A stretch of DNA of 64,000 bases, from the NCBI GenBank assembly GCA_047946875.1, contig CP181398.1, positions 271,154-335,153 of the forward strand. The letters are read 5' to 3'. Source of the stretch: Candidatus Kerfeldbacteria bacterium. GTDB lineage: Bacteria > Patescibacteriota > Patescibacteriia > UBA10025 > JAHIVO01. Position numbers and translations under genes: made by a program. This document shows, piece after piece, positions 19,875-30,061 of the stretch. The notes below the pieces were generated by a model that made no database searches, had not been told where the DNA came from, and was given only the letters and a program-made list of their open reading frames with translations. Numbering within the stretch: position 1 is the stretch's first letter; every line of letters starts with the position of its first letter.

Positions 19875-20820
19875 GAAATTAATGGAGAGTAAGTTGGTAA
19901 AGATAGGTATTATCGCAAAAGAAGCGAAAATTATTGCTGATGAGTATTTACAGGGAGAGATAAAAGGGAAAGGCTCTCATGGTATTTTCCCGTTTATCAG
20001 TACATTCAAAAAATTACAAAGCAGAAAACGAGGTAAATTTAAGGTCACAAAAAATAGGCCAGCTTATGCTTATATTCAAGGCAATAAAGATGTTGGACAG
20101 ATTGTAGCAGATTATTCTATTAATGTGGCTATTAAAAAAGCAAAAAAGCAAGGTATTGCTATGGTGGGTGGTAGGAATATTCAGGCATTTTTGCGGCCTG
20201 CTACATACGCTGAGATAGCAGCAAAAAAAGGAATGATAGGGTTATGTTTTAATTTTGGTGGTGGACCATTGATGGCTCCAACAGGCGCTAGAGAAGCTAT
20301 ATTATCAACAAATCCTATAGGGATCGGAATTCCTTATAAGCCAAATCCATTTTTAATAGATATGGCTACTTCAAATAGAGCTTTTTATAATGTTAGGATG
20401 GCCAGGGAATTGGGAAAGAAAATTGATAAGAGTTGGGGGATTGATAAATTTGGCAAACCTACAACAGATCCAAATAAATTAGTTGCGGTACTACCGTTTG
20501 GAGGTTATAAAGGTTATATTTTAGCAGCTGCCTTGGAAATATTAACAGGACCATTAGTACGAAATAAGGTGGGTAAAAGTTCTAACAAATTACGTGGATT
20601 TTTATTTATAGTTATTAATCCTTTAGTCTTTACAACGAAGAAGGAATTTGAAAAGGATGTGAAAAAACTAATTAAAGATATAAAAACAGCAAAAAGAATT
20701 AAAGGAGTAAAAGAGGTTTTGATACCAGGTGAGCGATCCTTTAAAATAGAGAAGTTAAATTTAAAAAGAGGTTATTTAGAAATTGATAAACGAATTATTC
20801 AAACACTTGAAAATTTATGA
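19849..20820 (+). CDS. Ldh_2-family (type 2 malate/L-lactate dehydrogenase-like) oxidoreductase
   Basis: 'GKGSHG', 'STNPIGIG', 'DMATS', 'PFGGYKGY', 'LIPGE'. Confidence 0.85.
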   Translation: MKVKIQIIRKLMESKLVKIGIIAKEAKIIADEYLQGEIKGKGSHGIFPFISTFKKLQSRKRGKFKVTKNRPAYAYIQGNKDVGQIVADYSINVAIKKAKKQGIAMVGGRNIQAFLRPATYAEIAAKKGMIGLCFNFGGGPLMAPTGAREAILSTNPIGIGIPYKPNPFLIDMATSNRAFYNVRMARELGKKIDKSWGIDKFGKPTTDPNKLVAVLPFGGYKGYILAAALEILTGPLVRNKVGKSSNKLRGFLFIVINPLVFTTKKEFEKDVKKLIKDIKTAKRIKGVKEVLIPGERSFKIEKLNLKRGYLEIDKRIIQTLENL

Positions 20821-22070
20821 AGGTAAAAATAAAACACATTACAAAAATTGAAGGACATGCTACTTTTTGGGGAGCACTTAAAAAAGGAGATATTGCTGAA
20901 GCTAAGTATCATACTTTGGAAGGAGCTAGGTTAATAGAAGGTGTGTTGATAGGACGTAATTATAATGATGCTCCGTTAATTACATCTAGGATTTGTGGTG
21001 TTTGTCCAGTAGTTCATAATTTAACATCGATCCAAGGTATTGAACGAGCAATGAAAGTAAAAGTTTCTGATAGTACTATCTTACTCAGAAAAATGATGAT
21101 GTATGGTCAGTTTATTCAAAGTCATTCTCTTCATGCATATTTCATGACTATTCCAGATTTCTATGGAAAAGATTCAGCCCTTGATTTATTAAAGGAAGCA
21201 CCAAAACAATCAGGTATGGCATTGAAAATTCGAGGATTTGGTAATTTATTGACTGAAGTCATTGGTGGACGAACTGTGCATCCAGTCAATTCACAAATTG
21301 GTGGATTTCTTAAACTTCCACCAAAAAGAAGAATGCAGGAACTAATGGATAGTTCTCAGGAGATTTTACAAGAAGCAGTTGAATTAGCCCATTTCATTTC
21401 ACATCTTAAGTTTATTGACTTTCATCGTAAGACCGAATATGTATCACTTTATAATAAAAAAGAATATGCGATTTATGATGGTGATGTAAGGTCAACTGAT
21501 GGTTTGGTTATTTCTCCTCAGAAATTTCATGATGAGGTAGATGAGATACAACAAAGTTGGGATTTAATTAAACGTACCAAATTTAAAGGTAGAATTTATT
21601 GGGCTGGGGCATTATCTAGGATTAATAATAACTGGCAACAATTAAATCCTATTGCTAAGCAGGCTTTTAAACATAATAAGTTTAAGATACCAATAGATAA
21701 TTCTTTTTATAATGTTCTAGCTCAAGCTATAGAAATAATTCACTGTATGGAAGAAACACAGAAGTTATTAAAGAAATATTTAGCTTTAAAAAATATTAAA
21801 CCAATTGTTAAATATAAAGTTAGAGCTGGTAAAGGGGTTGGCTGTATTGAAGCACCACGTGGGATTTTATTCCATTACTATGAAACTGATAAATATGGTT
21901 GTTTGAAGAATGTAAATATTATTACACCAACAGCTCAGTTTATGAATAATCTTGAAGCAGATTTAGCACAATATATCGGACAAAATAAAAAATTTGGTAA
22001 CAAAGAGTATCGTCAGTTAGCTATGATGATCAGAGCTTATGATCCTTGTATGACTTGCGCAACTCATTAA
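20817..22070 (+). CDS. hydA: Group 3b NiFe hydrogenase large (alpha) subunit
   Basis: L1 'SRICGVCP', 'EAPRGILFH', L2 'YDPCMTCATH'. Confidence 0.93.
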   Translation: MKVKIKHITKIEGHATFWGALKKGDIAEAKYHTLEGARLIEGVLIGRNYNDAPLITSRICGVCPVVHNLTSIQGIERAMKVKVSDSTILLRKMMMYGQFIQSHSLHAYFMTIPDFYGKDSALDLLKEAPKQSGMALKIRGFGNLLTEVIGGRTVHPVNSQIGGFLKLPPKRRMQELMDSSQEILQEAVELAHFISHLKFIDFHRKTEYVSLYNKKEYAIYDGDVRSTDGLVISPQKFHDEVDEIQQSWDLIKRTKFKGRIYWAGALSRINNNWQQLNPIAKQAFKHNKFKIPIDNSFYNVLAQAIEIIHCMEETQKLLKKYLALKNIKPIVKYKVRAGKGVGCIEAPRGILFHYYETDKYGCLKNVNIITPTAQFMNNLEADLAQYIGQNKKFGNKEYRQLAMMIRAYDPCMTCATH

Positions 22071-22079
22071 TATAGAATT

Positions 22080-22337
22080 ATGCATGATTTAGTCGCCGCT
22101 CAGGATACGGTTAAAGCCGCTTGTAAAATTGCGGAAAAAAATAAATTAAAGAAGATTACTAAGATAACAATAGAACTTGGTAAAATTATTGAACACAATG
22201 AAGAACTTCAGCCAGAAAACCTTCAATTCAATTTTGGGTTAGTTAAGAGAAATACTCTAGCTGATAAAGCTAAATTAGTAATCAAACAGGGGAAGGGTAG
22301 GGTATTGAATATATTGGAGGTTGAAGGGGATAAATAA
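22080..22337 (+). CDS. hypA: HypA-like nickel metallochaperone lacking zinc finger
   Basis: 'MHD' start, 'KITKITIELG', 'LQFNF', C-terminal 'GRVLNILEVEG'; no CxxC pairs. Confidence 0.7.
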   Translation: MHDLVAAQDTVKAACKIAEKNKLKKITKITIELGKIIEHNEELQPENLQFNFGLVKRNTLADKAKLVIKQGKGRVLNILEVEGDK

Positions 22338-22430
22338 CAAACAAACAAGCATTTAATTTGTTAATAGTAGGTTTTAGTCTTGATTTTTTTATAAAAATGT
22401 GCTATAATTAAATCTCATAAAGAAATTATT

Positions 22431-23600
22431 ATGGATTTAAAAATAATTCAGGGAGTAGAGGTAGAAAATAAAAAAGTATTGATCAGATGTGGTTTTGATG
22501 TTCCATTTGATGACGATGGAGAGATAGTAAATGATGAAAGGATTAAAGAATGTATACCAAGTATTAAATACTTAGTCGAAAAAAAGGCTAAGGTTATTAT
22601 TTGCGCACATAATGGTAGGCCTAACGGTAAAATAATCCCAAAATTATCGATGGAAAAGGTGGGAATGAGACTAGAAAAATTATTAGGATTGCCGATAAAT
22701 AGAACAAGTGATTGTGTGGGGCTGGATGTACTAGAAGTAGTTAATGAATTAAAGTCAGGTGAAATATTATTACTAGAAAATCTAAGATTTCATATTGAAG
22801 AGAAAGATAATGATGAAGGTTTTGCTAAAGAACTTGCGGATTTAGCTGATATATATGTAAATGATGCATTTGCTAATTCACATAGAGAACATGCATCAAT
22901 GACTGGAGTGACTAAATTTTTACCTTCATATGCTGGATTTAGATTGCAAAAAGAAATCGAAGTATTGTCCGAAGTTTTAGATAATCCTGCACGTCCATTA
23001 GTAGCTGTTATTGGTGGAGTAAAAATTTCAGACAAAATCAAAGTAATCAAGAAATTTCTAAAAATAGCAGACCATGTATTGATTGGAGGAGCTCTTGCTA
23101 ATACAATATTGAAAGCAAAAGGTATCTCTATTGGTAAATCTATTGTTGAAGATGAGATGATAGATTATGCAAAAGAATTATTATTAACTGATACCAATTT
23201 TCATTTACCAGTAGATGTTGTCGTAGCAAGTATGATTGATAAGGATGCGGAAACAGAAATTAAAGCAGCAGGTAATGTAGATGAACACGAATATATTTTA
23301 GATATTGGACCAGATACAATAAAATTATATGAGGATATTTTGGAGAGTGCAAAGACTATTGTCTGGGGTGGCCCAATGGGATATTTTGAATTGAAGCCAT
23401 TTTCTGAAGGCACTATTAAAGTAGCTAAAGCTGTTAGTAATAGTAAAGCTATGAGTGTTGTAGGTGGTGGCGATACCATGGAAGCATTGGATATGGCTGG
23501 ATCAAGAACAAAAATAGATTTTATATCAACTGGTGGTGGAGCTATGCTGAAATTTTTAGAAAGCTCAACATTACCTGCTTTAAAAATATTATTAAAATAA
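22431..23600 (+). CDS. pgk: Phosphoglycerate kinase
   Basis: 'HNGRP', 'LLENLRF', 'YVNDAF', 'GGGDT', 'ISTGGGAML'. Confidence 0.95.
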   Translation: MDLKIIQGVEVENKKVLIRCGFDVPFDDDGEIVNDERIKECIPSIKYLVEKKAKVIICAHNGRPNGKIIPKLSMEKVGMRLEKLLGLPINRTSDCVGLDVLEVVNELKSGEILLLENLRFHIEEKDNDEGFAKELADLADIYVNDAFANSHREHASMTGVTKFLPSYAGFRLQKEIEVLSEVLDNPARPLVAVIGGVKISDKIKVIKKFLKIADHVLIGGALANTILKAKGISIGKSIVEDEMIDYAKELLLTDTNFHLPVDVVVASMIDKDAETEIKAAGNVDEHEYILDIGPDTIKLYEDILESAKTIVWGGPMGYFELKPFSEGTIKVAKAVSNSKAMSVVGGGDTMEALDMAGSRTKIDFISTGGGAMLKFLESSTLPALKILLK

Positions 23601-23606
23601 CATAAT

Positions 23607-24875
23607 ATGTCAAACGCAATCAAAAGTATAAGAGCGAGAGAAATATTAGCTTCAAATGGCACACCCACTATAGAAGCTATAGTAGAATTAGATAATAAAG
23701 TTATTGGTAAAGCATCTGTACCATTTGGAATTTCAGCTGGTATCCATGAAGCTCAAACTTTATTAGATGAAGATGAGGAAAGATATAATGGAGGTGGTAT
23801 GTTAAAAGCAAGTAAAAATATTAATACAATTATCGCAGGTAAATTAGTAGGTATGGATGTCACAAAGCAACAGGAAATAGATAAGATGATGATTGAACTA
23901 GATGGAACAGATAATAAAGAAAGGTTAGGTGGTAATAGTATATTAGCTGTATCTTTGGCTTGTGCCAGAGCAGCAGCTAAGAATGAAAATTTAGAAGTGT
24001 TTGAATATATTAGAAAAGTATTTAATATAAAACATAAGAAATATGAATTACCAAAACCGATGATGGTAGTAATGGAAGGTGGTAAGCACGCTGATAACTC
24101 TACAGATTTTCAAGAATATTTATTTAGTGTATCTGGAGCTCCAAGTATTAGGGAAGCAGTACGATGGGGAGAGGAAGCATATCAAGCATTAAAAAAAGTT
24201 CTTAAAGAAAGAGGTTTTAATACAAATGTTGGGAATGAGGGAGCTTTTGCACCAGCAGGTATTGAGTCAAATGAAAAACCTCTTGAAATGATGGTAGAAG
24301 CAATAGAAAAGGCTGGTTATAAATCAGGTAAAGATATTATGATTTCTCTGGATCCTGCTACTTCTGAAGTTTATGATAATGATCAAAAGAAATATATTTT
24401 AAGTCAAGAAGGTACGGGTTTATCATCAGATCAAATGATAGGTTTATTTAATGATTGGATAAATAAATATCCTATTCTCTCTATAGAGGATGGATTAGCA
24501 GAAGATGACTGGGATGGGTGGCAAGCATTTTATAAAAATGCAGGTAACAAGATTAAAATAATTGGAGATGATTTAACGGTAACTAATAAAGAACGAGTTC
24601 AAAAAGCTATTGAATTAAAAGCAATTAATGCAGTACTAATAAAATTAAATCAAATCGGAACTTTGACAGAAACCGTAGAAACAATATTACTAGGTCAAGA
24701 ACATAATTTTTGGAACGTTGTCTCACATAGAGGTGGTGGAGAAACTAATGACACTTTCATGATTGATTTGGCTGTTGCTGTAAACGCAGAATATGTTAAA
24801 GTTGGACCTGCCCGTGGAGAACGAACTTCTAAGTATAATAGGTTAATGGAAATCGAAGAGCTAATCAATAAATAA
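23607..24875 (+). CDS. eno: Enolase (divergent)
   Basis: 'LDGTDNKERLGGNSILAVS', 'SIEDGLAEDDW', 'GDDLTVTN', 'LIKLNQIGTLTET', 'SHR'. Confidence 0.92.
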   Translation: MSNAIKSIRAREILASNGTPTIEAIVELDNKVIGKASVPFGISAGIHEAQTLLDEDEERYNGGGMLKASKNINTIIAGKLVGMDVTKQQEIDKMMIELDGTDNKERLGGNSILAVSLACARAAAKNENLEVFEYIRKVFNIKHKKYELPKPMMVVMEGGKHADNSTDFQEYLFSVSGAPSIREAVRWGEEAYQALKKVLKERGFNTNVGNEGAFAPAGIESNEKPLEMMVEAIEKAGYKSGKDIMISLDPATSEVYDNDQKKYILSQEGTGLSSDQMIGLFNDWINKYPILSIEDGLAEDDWDGWQAFYKNAGNKIKIIGDDLTVTNKERVQKAIELKAINAVLIKLNQIGTLTETVETILLGQEHNFWNVVSHRGGGETNDTFMIDLAVAVNAEYVKVGPARGERTSKYNRLMEIEELINK

Positions 24876-24878
24876 TTT

Positions 24879-26435
24879 ATGGTCAAGAATAAGAAGAGCC
24901 CTCTTGTTTTAGTCATCCTAGATGGTTGGGGTATAAATAAAGAAAAAAAGGGAAATGCTATAATTCTTGGGGCTACTCCGAACTTTGATAATTATTGGAA
25001 AAATTATCCTAAGTCACTATTGCAAGCCTCTGGAAAAAATGTAGGGCTACCTTCTACGCAAGTTGGTAACTCAGAAGCAGGTCATATGAATATTGGAGCA
25101 GGAAGAGTTATAGAACAGGATTCTGTAATTGTTTCTCAATCTATTAACGAAGGAACTTTTTTTCGTAATCCTGCATTTTTGTCAACGATTAATCACGCTA
25201 AGGCAAATAATTCTACCGTTCATTTAGTAGGTTTATTGACATCTGAACAGTCAGCACATGCAGATCCGGATCATATTATAGCTTTAATAACTTTATTAAG
25301 ATTAAAAAAAATAAAAAAGGTTACTTTACATTTATTTACAGATGGTAGAGATTCCTATCAGTATTTAGCTGTGAAGCTACTGGCAAGGATAAAAAAGATT
25401 TTTACTAATGGTGAGAAGATTGGCTCTATAATCGGTCGGTTTTATGCAATGGATAGAATCAAAGAATGGAGGAGAACAGAGAAAGCTTACGATACGTTGA
25501 CAATAAGCACAGGCCGAGAAGCAAGCAGTCCACAAGCCGCTGTCTTACAAGCATATAATAGAAAAGAAACTGACGAATATATTTCTCCAACCGTGATTAA
25601 AGAAAATGGCAAAAAGATAAAAAGAATCAGTAATAACGATGCGGTTATATTCTTTAATTTAAGATCAGATCGTGTTAGACAGTTAAGCAAAGCTTTTGTT
25701 CAAAAAGATTTTAAAGGTTTCGTAAGAAAAAAAATAGTTAAGAATCTTTCTTTCGTTACTTTGACTGATTTTGGGCCAGATTTACCGGGAGTTTTGTCTG
25801 CTTTTCCATCAAGGATACTGCCAAATACATTGCCTCATATTTTGAAAGATTTTAAGCAACTATATATTGCTGAAACAGAAAAATATGCACATATATCATA
25901 CTTTCTAAATGGTGGACATGACCATGCCGTGGCAGGAGAAGATCGCTTTATCATTAAATCTCCTCATGTAGTGTCGTATAAAGAAAAGCCTGAGATGAGT
26001 GCTGATAAAGTCACAAAACATATTCTTCAATCTATTAATAATGATAAATATGATTTTATATTAGTAAATTATGCAAATCCAGACATGGTTGGACATACAG
26101 GTGATTTGAAAGCCGGTATAAAAGCAGTTAAAAAAATCGATAAATGTATAGGTGATCTAAAGAAGGCAATAGATAAAAAAAATGGTACAATGATAATTAG
26201 TGCAGATCATGGCAATATTGAAGAGTTAATAGATGTTAGGACTGGACAAGTTGATACTTCTCATACTAATAATCCTGTCCCTTTTATTATTATTAATAAA
26301 GATATAAATAAAAAAACTAAAGTAAAAAATGGAGTACTAGCGGATATTGCACCAACTATATTACATATGATGAATATTAAAAAACCGAAAGAAATGAAAA
26401 ATAAAATTTTATGCGAATACCAAATAAACCAGTAA
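24879..26435 (+). CDS. gpmI: 2,3-BPG-independent phosphoglycerate mutase, paralog 1
   Basis: 'ILDGWG', 'GNSEAGH', 'DGRD', 'AETEKYAH', 'DMVGHTG', 'ADHGN'. Confidence 0.93.
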   Translation: MVKNKKSPLVLVILDGWGINKEKKGNAIILGATPNFDNYWKNYPKSLLQASGKNVGLPSTQVGNSEAGHMNIGAGRVIEQDSVIVSQSINEGTFFRNPAFLSTINHAKANNSTVHLVGLLTSEQSAHADPDHIIALITLLRLKKIKKVTLHLFTDGRDSYQYLAVKLLARIKKIFTNGEKIGSIIGRFYAMDRIKEWRRTEKAYDTLTISTGREASSPQAAVLQAYNRKETDEYISPTVIKENGKKIKRISNNDAVIFFNLRSDRVRQLSKAFVQKDFKGFVRKKIVKNLSFVTLTDFGPDLPGVLSAFPSRILPNTLPHILKDFKQLYIAETEKYAHISYFLNGGHDHAVAGEDRFIIKSPHVVSYKEKPEMSADKVTKHILQSINNDKYDFILVNYANPDMVGHTGDLKAGIKAVKKIDKCIGDLKKAIDKKNGTMIISADHGNIEELIDVRTGQVDTSHTNNPVPFIIINKDINKKTKVKNGVLADIAPTILHMMNIKKPKEMKNKILCEYQINQ

Positions 26436-28000
26436 TGTTAATAATATTGGATGGCTGGGGAATTGCTCCTAAAGCGCCAAGTAATCCTATTGGTACTGCT
26501 GAGACGCCAAATATTGATTCTCTTATAGATAATTATCCAACTTTAGCAGTACAAGCTTCTGGTGAAGCCGTAGGTTTGCCATGGGGTGAAATGGGAAACT
26601 CAGAGGTTGGGCATTTGAATTTGGGTGCTGGTCGTATTATGTATCAAAATTTACCAAGAATTTCAAAATCAATAGCTGAAAAGAGTTTTTATAAAAAAGA
26701 AGCATTTTTACATGCAGCAAAGCATGTGAAGAAAAATAAATCAGCAATACATCTTATGGGATTGGTGGGAGTTGGGAGTATTCATGCTTCAGTCGACCAT
26801 TTATATGGTTTAATGGAATTTTGTGCACAACAAAAAATTAGTAAAGTTTATTTACATTTATTTTTGGATGGAAGAGACTCTCCAAAAGATAGTGCTGCAG
26901 CAGTCGTTGGAAAAATTATTGATAAAATTGAAGAAATTAAAGTTGGTGAAATTGCTTCATTGACTGGGAGGTTTTTTGCTATGGATAGAGATAATAGATG
27001 GAAAAGAGAAGAGAAGACTTATAATTCTATAGTAAATGGAGATGCAGAATATTATGATGAGGATCCTATTTCTGCCATTAAGGCTTCATATAAACGCAAA
27101 GTATATGATGAAGAATTTGAGCCAACAATAATTGGCACAAAGGAAAAACCAGTTGGTTTAGTACAGGATAAAGACGCAGTAATATTTTTTAACTTTAGAC
27201 CAGATCGAGCTAGACAGCTTACTAGCGCTTTTACTTTGCCTGGGTTTGATAAGTTTGATCGGCCTGAATATATGAAAAATTTATTCTTTGCCACTATGAC
27301 ACAATATGACAAAGATTTGCCTGTAGAGATAGCTTTTCTTCCAGAAAATATTGAATATCCAATAGCTAGAGTTATTTCAGAATCAAAATTAAAACAATTA
27401 CATATTTCAGAAACTGAAAAGTATGCCCATGTAACATATTTTTTTAATGGTGGTCAAGAAAAACCTTTTACAGGACAAGAGAATGTTATAATTCCTTCTC
27501 CAGCAGTACCATCCTATGACAAACAGCCAGAGATGAGTGCCTCGAAATTAACTGATAGATTAATAAAAGAAATTAAATCAGAAAAATTTGATTTTATTGT
27601 CGCAAATTATGCAAATGCAGATATGGTTGGGCATACAGGTAATATCAAAGCAACTATTAAAGGTATAGAAGCTGTAGATGAATGTATCGGCAGAGTGACC
27701 AAAGAAGTGCTAGAAAAAGATGGACTCGTATTTATTACAGCTGATCATGGTAATGCAGAAGAGATGACAAACATGCAGACGGGAGCTATGGATAAAGAAC
27801 ATAGTGTTAATCCAGTACCAGTTATAGCTGTGGGAAATAAATGGAAGGGGAATACACCTTTTAAAGATATAATAGTAGATCATGATTTAAGTATGTTACA
27901 ACCAACGGGAATTTTGTCAGATATTCCAGTAACAATATTAATACATATGGGATTGAAACCGGCTGTTGGTATGACCGGTAATGATTTATTAGATTTTTAA
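26411..28000 (+). CDS. gpmI: 2,3-BPG-independent phosphoglycerate mutase, paralog 2
   Basis: 'ILDGWG', 'GNSEVGH', 'GRFFAMDRD', 'ETEKYAHVTYF', 'ADHGNAE'. Confidence 0.93.
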   Translation: MRIPNKPVMLIILDGWGIAPKAPSNPIGTAETPNIDSLIDNYPTLAVQASGEAVGLPWGEMGNSEVGHLNLGAGRIMYQNLPRISKSIAEKSFYKKEAFLHAAKHVKKNKSAIHLMGLVGVGSIHASVDHLYGLMEFCAQQKISKVYLHLFLDGRDSPKDSAAAVVGKIIDKIEEIKVGEIASLTGRFFAMDRDNRWKREEKTYNSIVNGDAEYYDEDPISAIKASYKRKVYDEEFEPTIIGTKEKPVGLVQDKDAVIFFNFRPDRARQLTSAFTLPGFDKFDRPEYMKNLFFATMTQYDKDLPVEIAFLPENIEYPIARVISESKLKQLHISETEKYAHVTYFFNGGQEKPFTGQENVIIPSPAVPSYDKQPEMSASKLTDRLIKEIKSEKFDFIVANYANADMVGHTGNIKATIKGIEAVDECIGRVTKEVLEKDGLVFITADHGNAEEMTNMQTGAMDKEHSVNPVPVIAVGNKWKGNTPFKDIIVDHDLSMLQPTGILSDIPVTILIHMGLKPAVGMTGNDLLDF

Positions 28001-28010
28001 ATATTTTAGT

Positions 28011-28583
28011 ATGAAAATACCTATAGAAATTTCGGCTAGACATCTACATTTATCAATGCATGATCTAGATATTTTATTTGGACCGAATTATTCATTGTCA
28101 AATTTTAAAGAAGTGTCACAGCCTGGTCAATTCGCAACTGAGGAAACAGTTAAACTTGTAGGACCAAAAGGACAAATTGAAAAAGTGAGGATTGTAGGAC
28201 CAATAAGAAAAGAAACACAAGTAGAGTTATCGATTACAGATTGTTTTAAATTAGGTACTGAACCAAAAATTGCTGTTTCTGGGGAGCTTGATAATTCTGC
28301 TGGAGGATTAAAAATTGTAGGTGTAGCTGGTGAAGTAAATTTAGAAAAGGGAGTTATAGTAGCTCAACGTCATTTACATATTTCACCAACGGAAGCTGCA
28401 AAAGCAGGATTAAAACATTTAGATACAATATCAGTAAAGATAAATGGTGTTAGAGATTTAATATTAAACAATATTGTTGTCAGATCTCGTGAAGGTATTG
28501 ATAAATTAGCTTTACATTTAGATACTGATGAGGCCAATGCTGCAGCTGCAAAGGATGGTCAACAAGGAGAATTAGTTAAGTAA
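28011..28583 (+). CDS. pduL: PduL-type phosphate acyltransferase
   Basis: 'SARHLHLS', 'SQPGQFA', 'AQRHLH', 'HLDTDEANAA'. Confidence 0.92.
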   Translation: MKIPIEISARHLHLSMHDLDILFGPNYSLSNFKEVSQPGQFATEETVKLVGPKGQIEKVRIVGPIRKETQVELSITDCFKLGTEPKIAVSGELDNSAGGLKIVGVAGEVNLEKGVIVAQRHLHISPTEAAKAGLKHLDTISVKINGVRDLILNNIVVRSREGIDKLALHLDTDEANAAAAKDGQQGELVK

Positions 28584-28586
28584 TAT

Positions 28587-28886
28587 ATGAAATTTATTTG
28601 GAAAGGTAATCTAACTCAAAATTTTAAAGTGTTCATCAATAGAGTAGGTTATTATCAACAAATGGATAGAAATAGTGGGCAAGTTAGTTATATAAGAAGA
28701 TTAGGGAGATTATTTTATCCTAGATTCCATTTATATATAGATCAAGAGGAAGGTAAAATTGTATTTAAATTACATTTGGATGAAAAAAAAGCATCTTATG
28801 AAGGTAGTAATAGGCATTCTGGACAATATGAAGGTGAGTTGGTAGAAAAAGAAATGTATAGAATCATATCAATAATAAATAGTTAA
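28587..28886 (+). CDS. Conserved hypothetical protein
   Basis: Co-oriented ORF in operon; 'YPRFHLY...LHLD...HSGQYEG'. Confidence 0.65.
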   Translation: MKFIWKGNLTQNFKVFINRVGYYQQMDRNSGQVSYIRRLGRLFYPRFHLYIDQEEGKIVFKLHLDEKKASYEGSNRHSGQYEGELVEKEMYRIISIINS

Positions 28887-28887
28887 T

Positions 28888-30030
28888 ATGAATAAATATA
28901 TATTAGTATTTAATGCAGGTTCATCTACACTAAAGTTTGGTTTATTTCATATTGATAGTAAATTAGAATTAATTGGTAGTGGAAATTTTGAAAGGATTGG
29001 TTTATTAAATCCATTTTTAGAATTTAACGGTAAAAAAACAAAATATAGTAAAAGAATAAATTATTCTAAAGCATTGAAAATTATTGTAAATAAATTGGAC
29101 GTTGAAAAAAGCATGATAAAAGTTATTGGTCATAGAGTGGTCCATGGTGGTAATAAATTTTTTAAGCCTACATTGGTAACTAAAAAAGTATGGAAAGATA
29201 TTTCAAAATTTAATGATTTAGCTCCATTGCATAACCATGCAAATTTAGAAGTAATAAAGGCTTGTTATTATATATTCCCTAAAGTAAAAAATGTAGCTGT
29301 TTTTGATACTTCATTTTTTCAGAAACTGAAACCCGAGTATTATTTATATGCTATACCGTATGAATTGTTCAAAAATAATGGTATAAGGCGATATGGTTTT
29401 CATGGGATTTCACATCAATTAATCGCTAAGGAAGCAGCTAAGAAATTAAAAAAACCTTTAAATAAAATTAATTTGATAACAATTCATTTAGGTAGCGGAT
29501 GTTCTATAGTAGCAATTAAAAAAGGGGTAGCAATTAAAACATCATTAGGATTTACTCCTTTGGATGGGTTGGTAATGGGGACTAGGTCTGGAGATTTAGA
29601 TCCATCAATACCATTGTATTTACAAAAGAAATTAAATAAATCTGTAGCACAGGTTGAAGAAATTCTAAATAAAAAATCTGGTTTACTGGGTTTGTCTGGA
29701 TTTACTTCTGACATGAGGGAAATATTAAAAGCATCTGGTCATAAGGTAATAGACTACCATGGTAAAACTAAATTCACCCCAGAACAAAAAAGGAGGGCAA
29801 AAATAGCTCTCAATGTTTTTATCACCAGACTAAGAACATATATTACTCTCTATACGAGTTTTTTACATAAAGTTGAAGCAATCGTATTTACTGGAGGTAT
29901 AGGAGAACGAAGCCCTGTAATTAGAAAATTATCAACACAAAATATTAATTTTATAAGCAAACCAAAAATATTAACAATACCTTCTAATGAGGAGAAGGCT
30001 ATTGCTGAACAGGTCAAAAATATTGTATAA
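28888..30030 (+). CDS. ackA: Acetate kinase
   Basis: 'NAGSSTLKF', 'GHRVVHGG', 'APLHN', 'RRYGFHGISH', 'FTGGIGE'. Confidence 0.95.
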   Translation: MNKYILVFNAGSSTLKFGLFHIDSKLELIGSGNFERIGLLNPFLEFNGKKTKYSKRINYSKALKIIVNKLDVEKSMIKVIGHRVVHGGNKFFKPTLVTKKVWKDISKFNDLAPLHNHANLEVIKACYYIFPKVKNVAVFDTSFFQKLKPEYYLYAIPYELFKNNGIRRYGFHGISHQLIAKEAAKKLKKPLNKINLITIHLGSGCSIVAIKKGVAIKTSLGFTPLDGLVMGTRSGDLDPSIPLYLQKKLNKSVAQVEEILNKKSGLLGLSGFTSDMREILKASGHKVIDYHGKTKFTPEQKRRAKIALNVFITRLRTYITLYTSFLHKVEAIVFTGGIGERSPVIRKLSTQNINFISKPKILTIPSNEEKAIAEQVKNIV

Positions 30031-30061
30031 TAACAAAGTATAAAAAATAAAATAAAGCATT

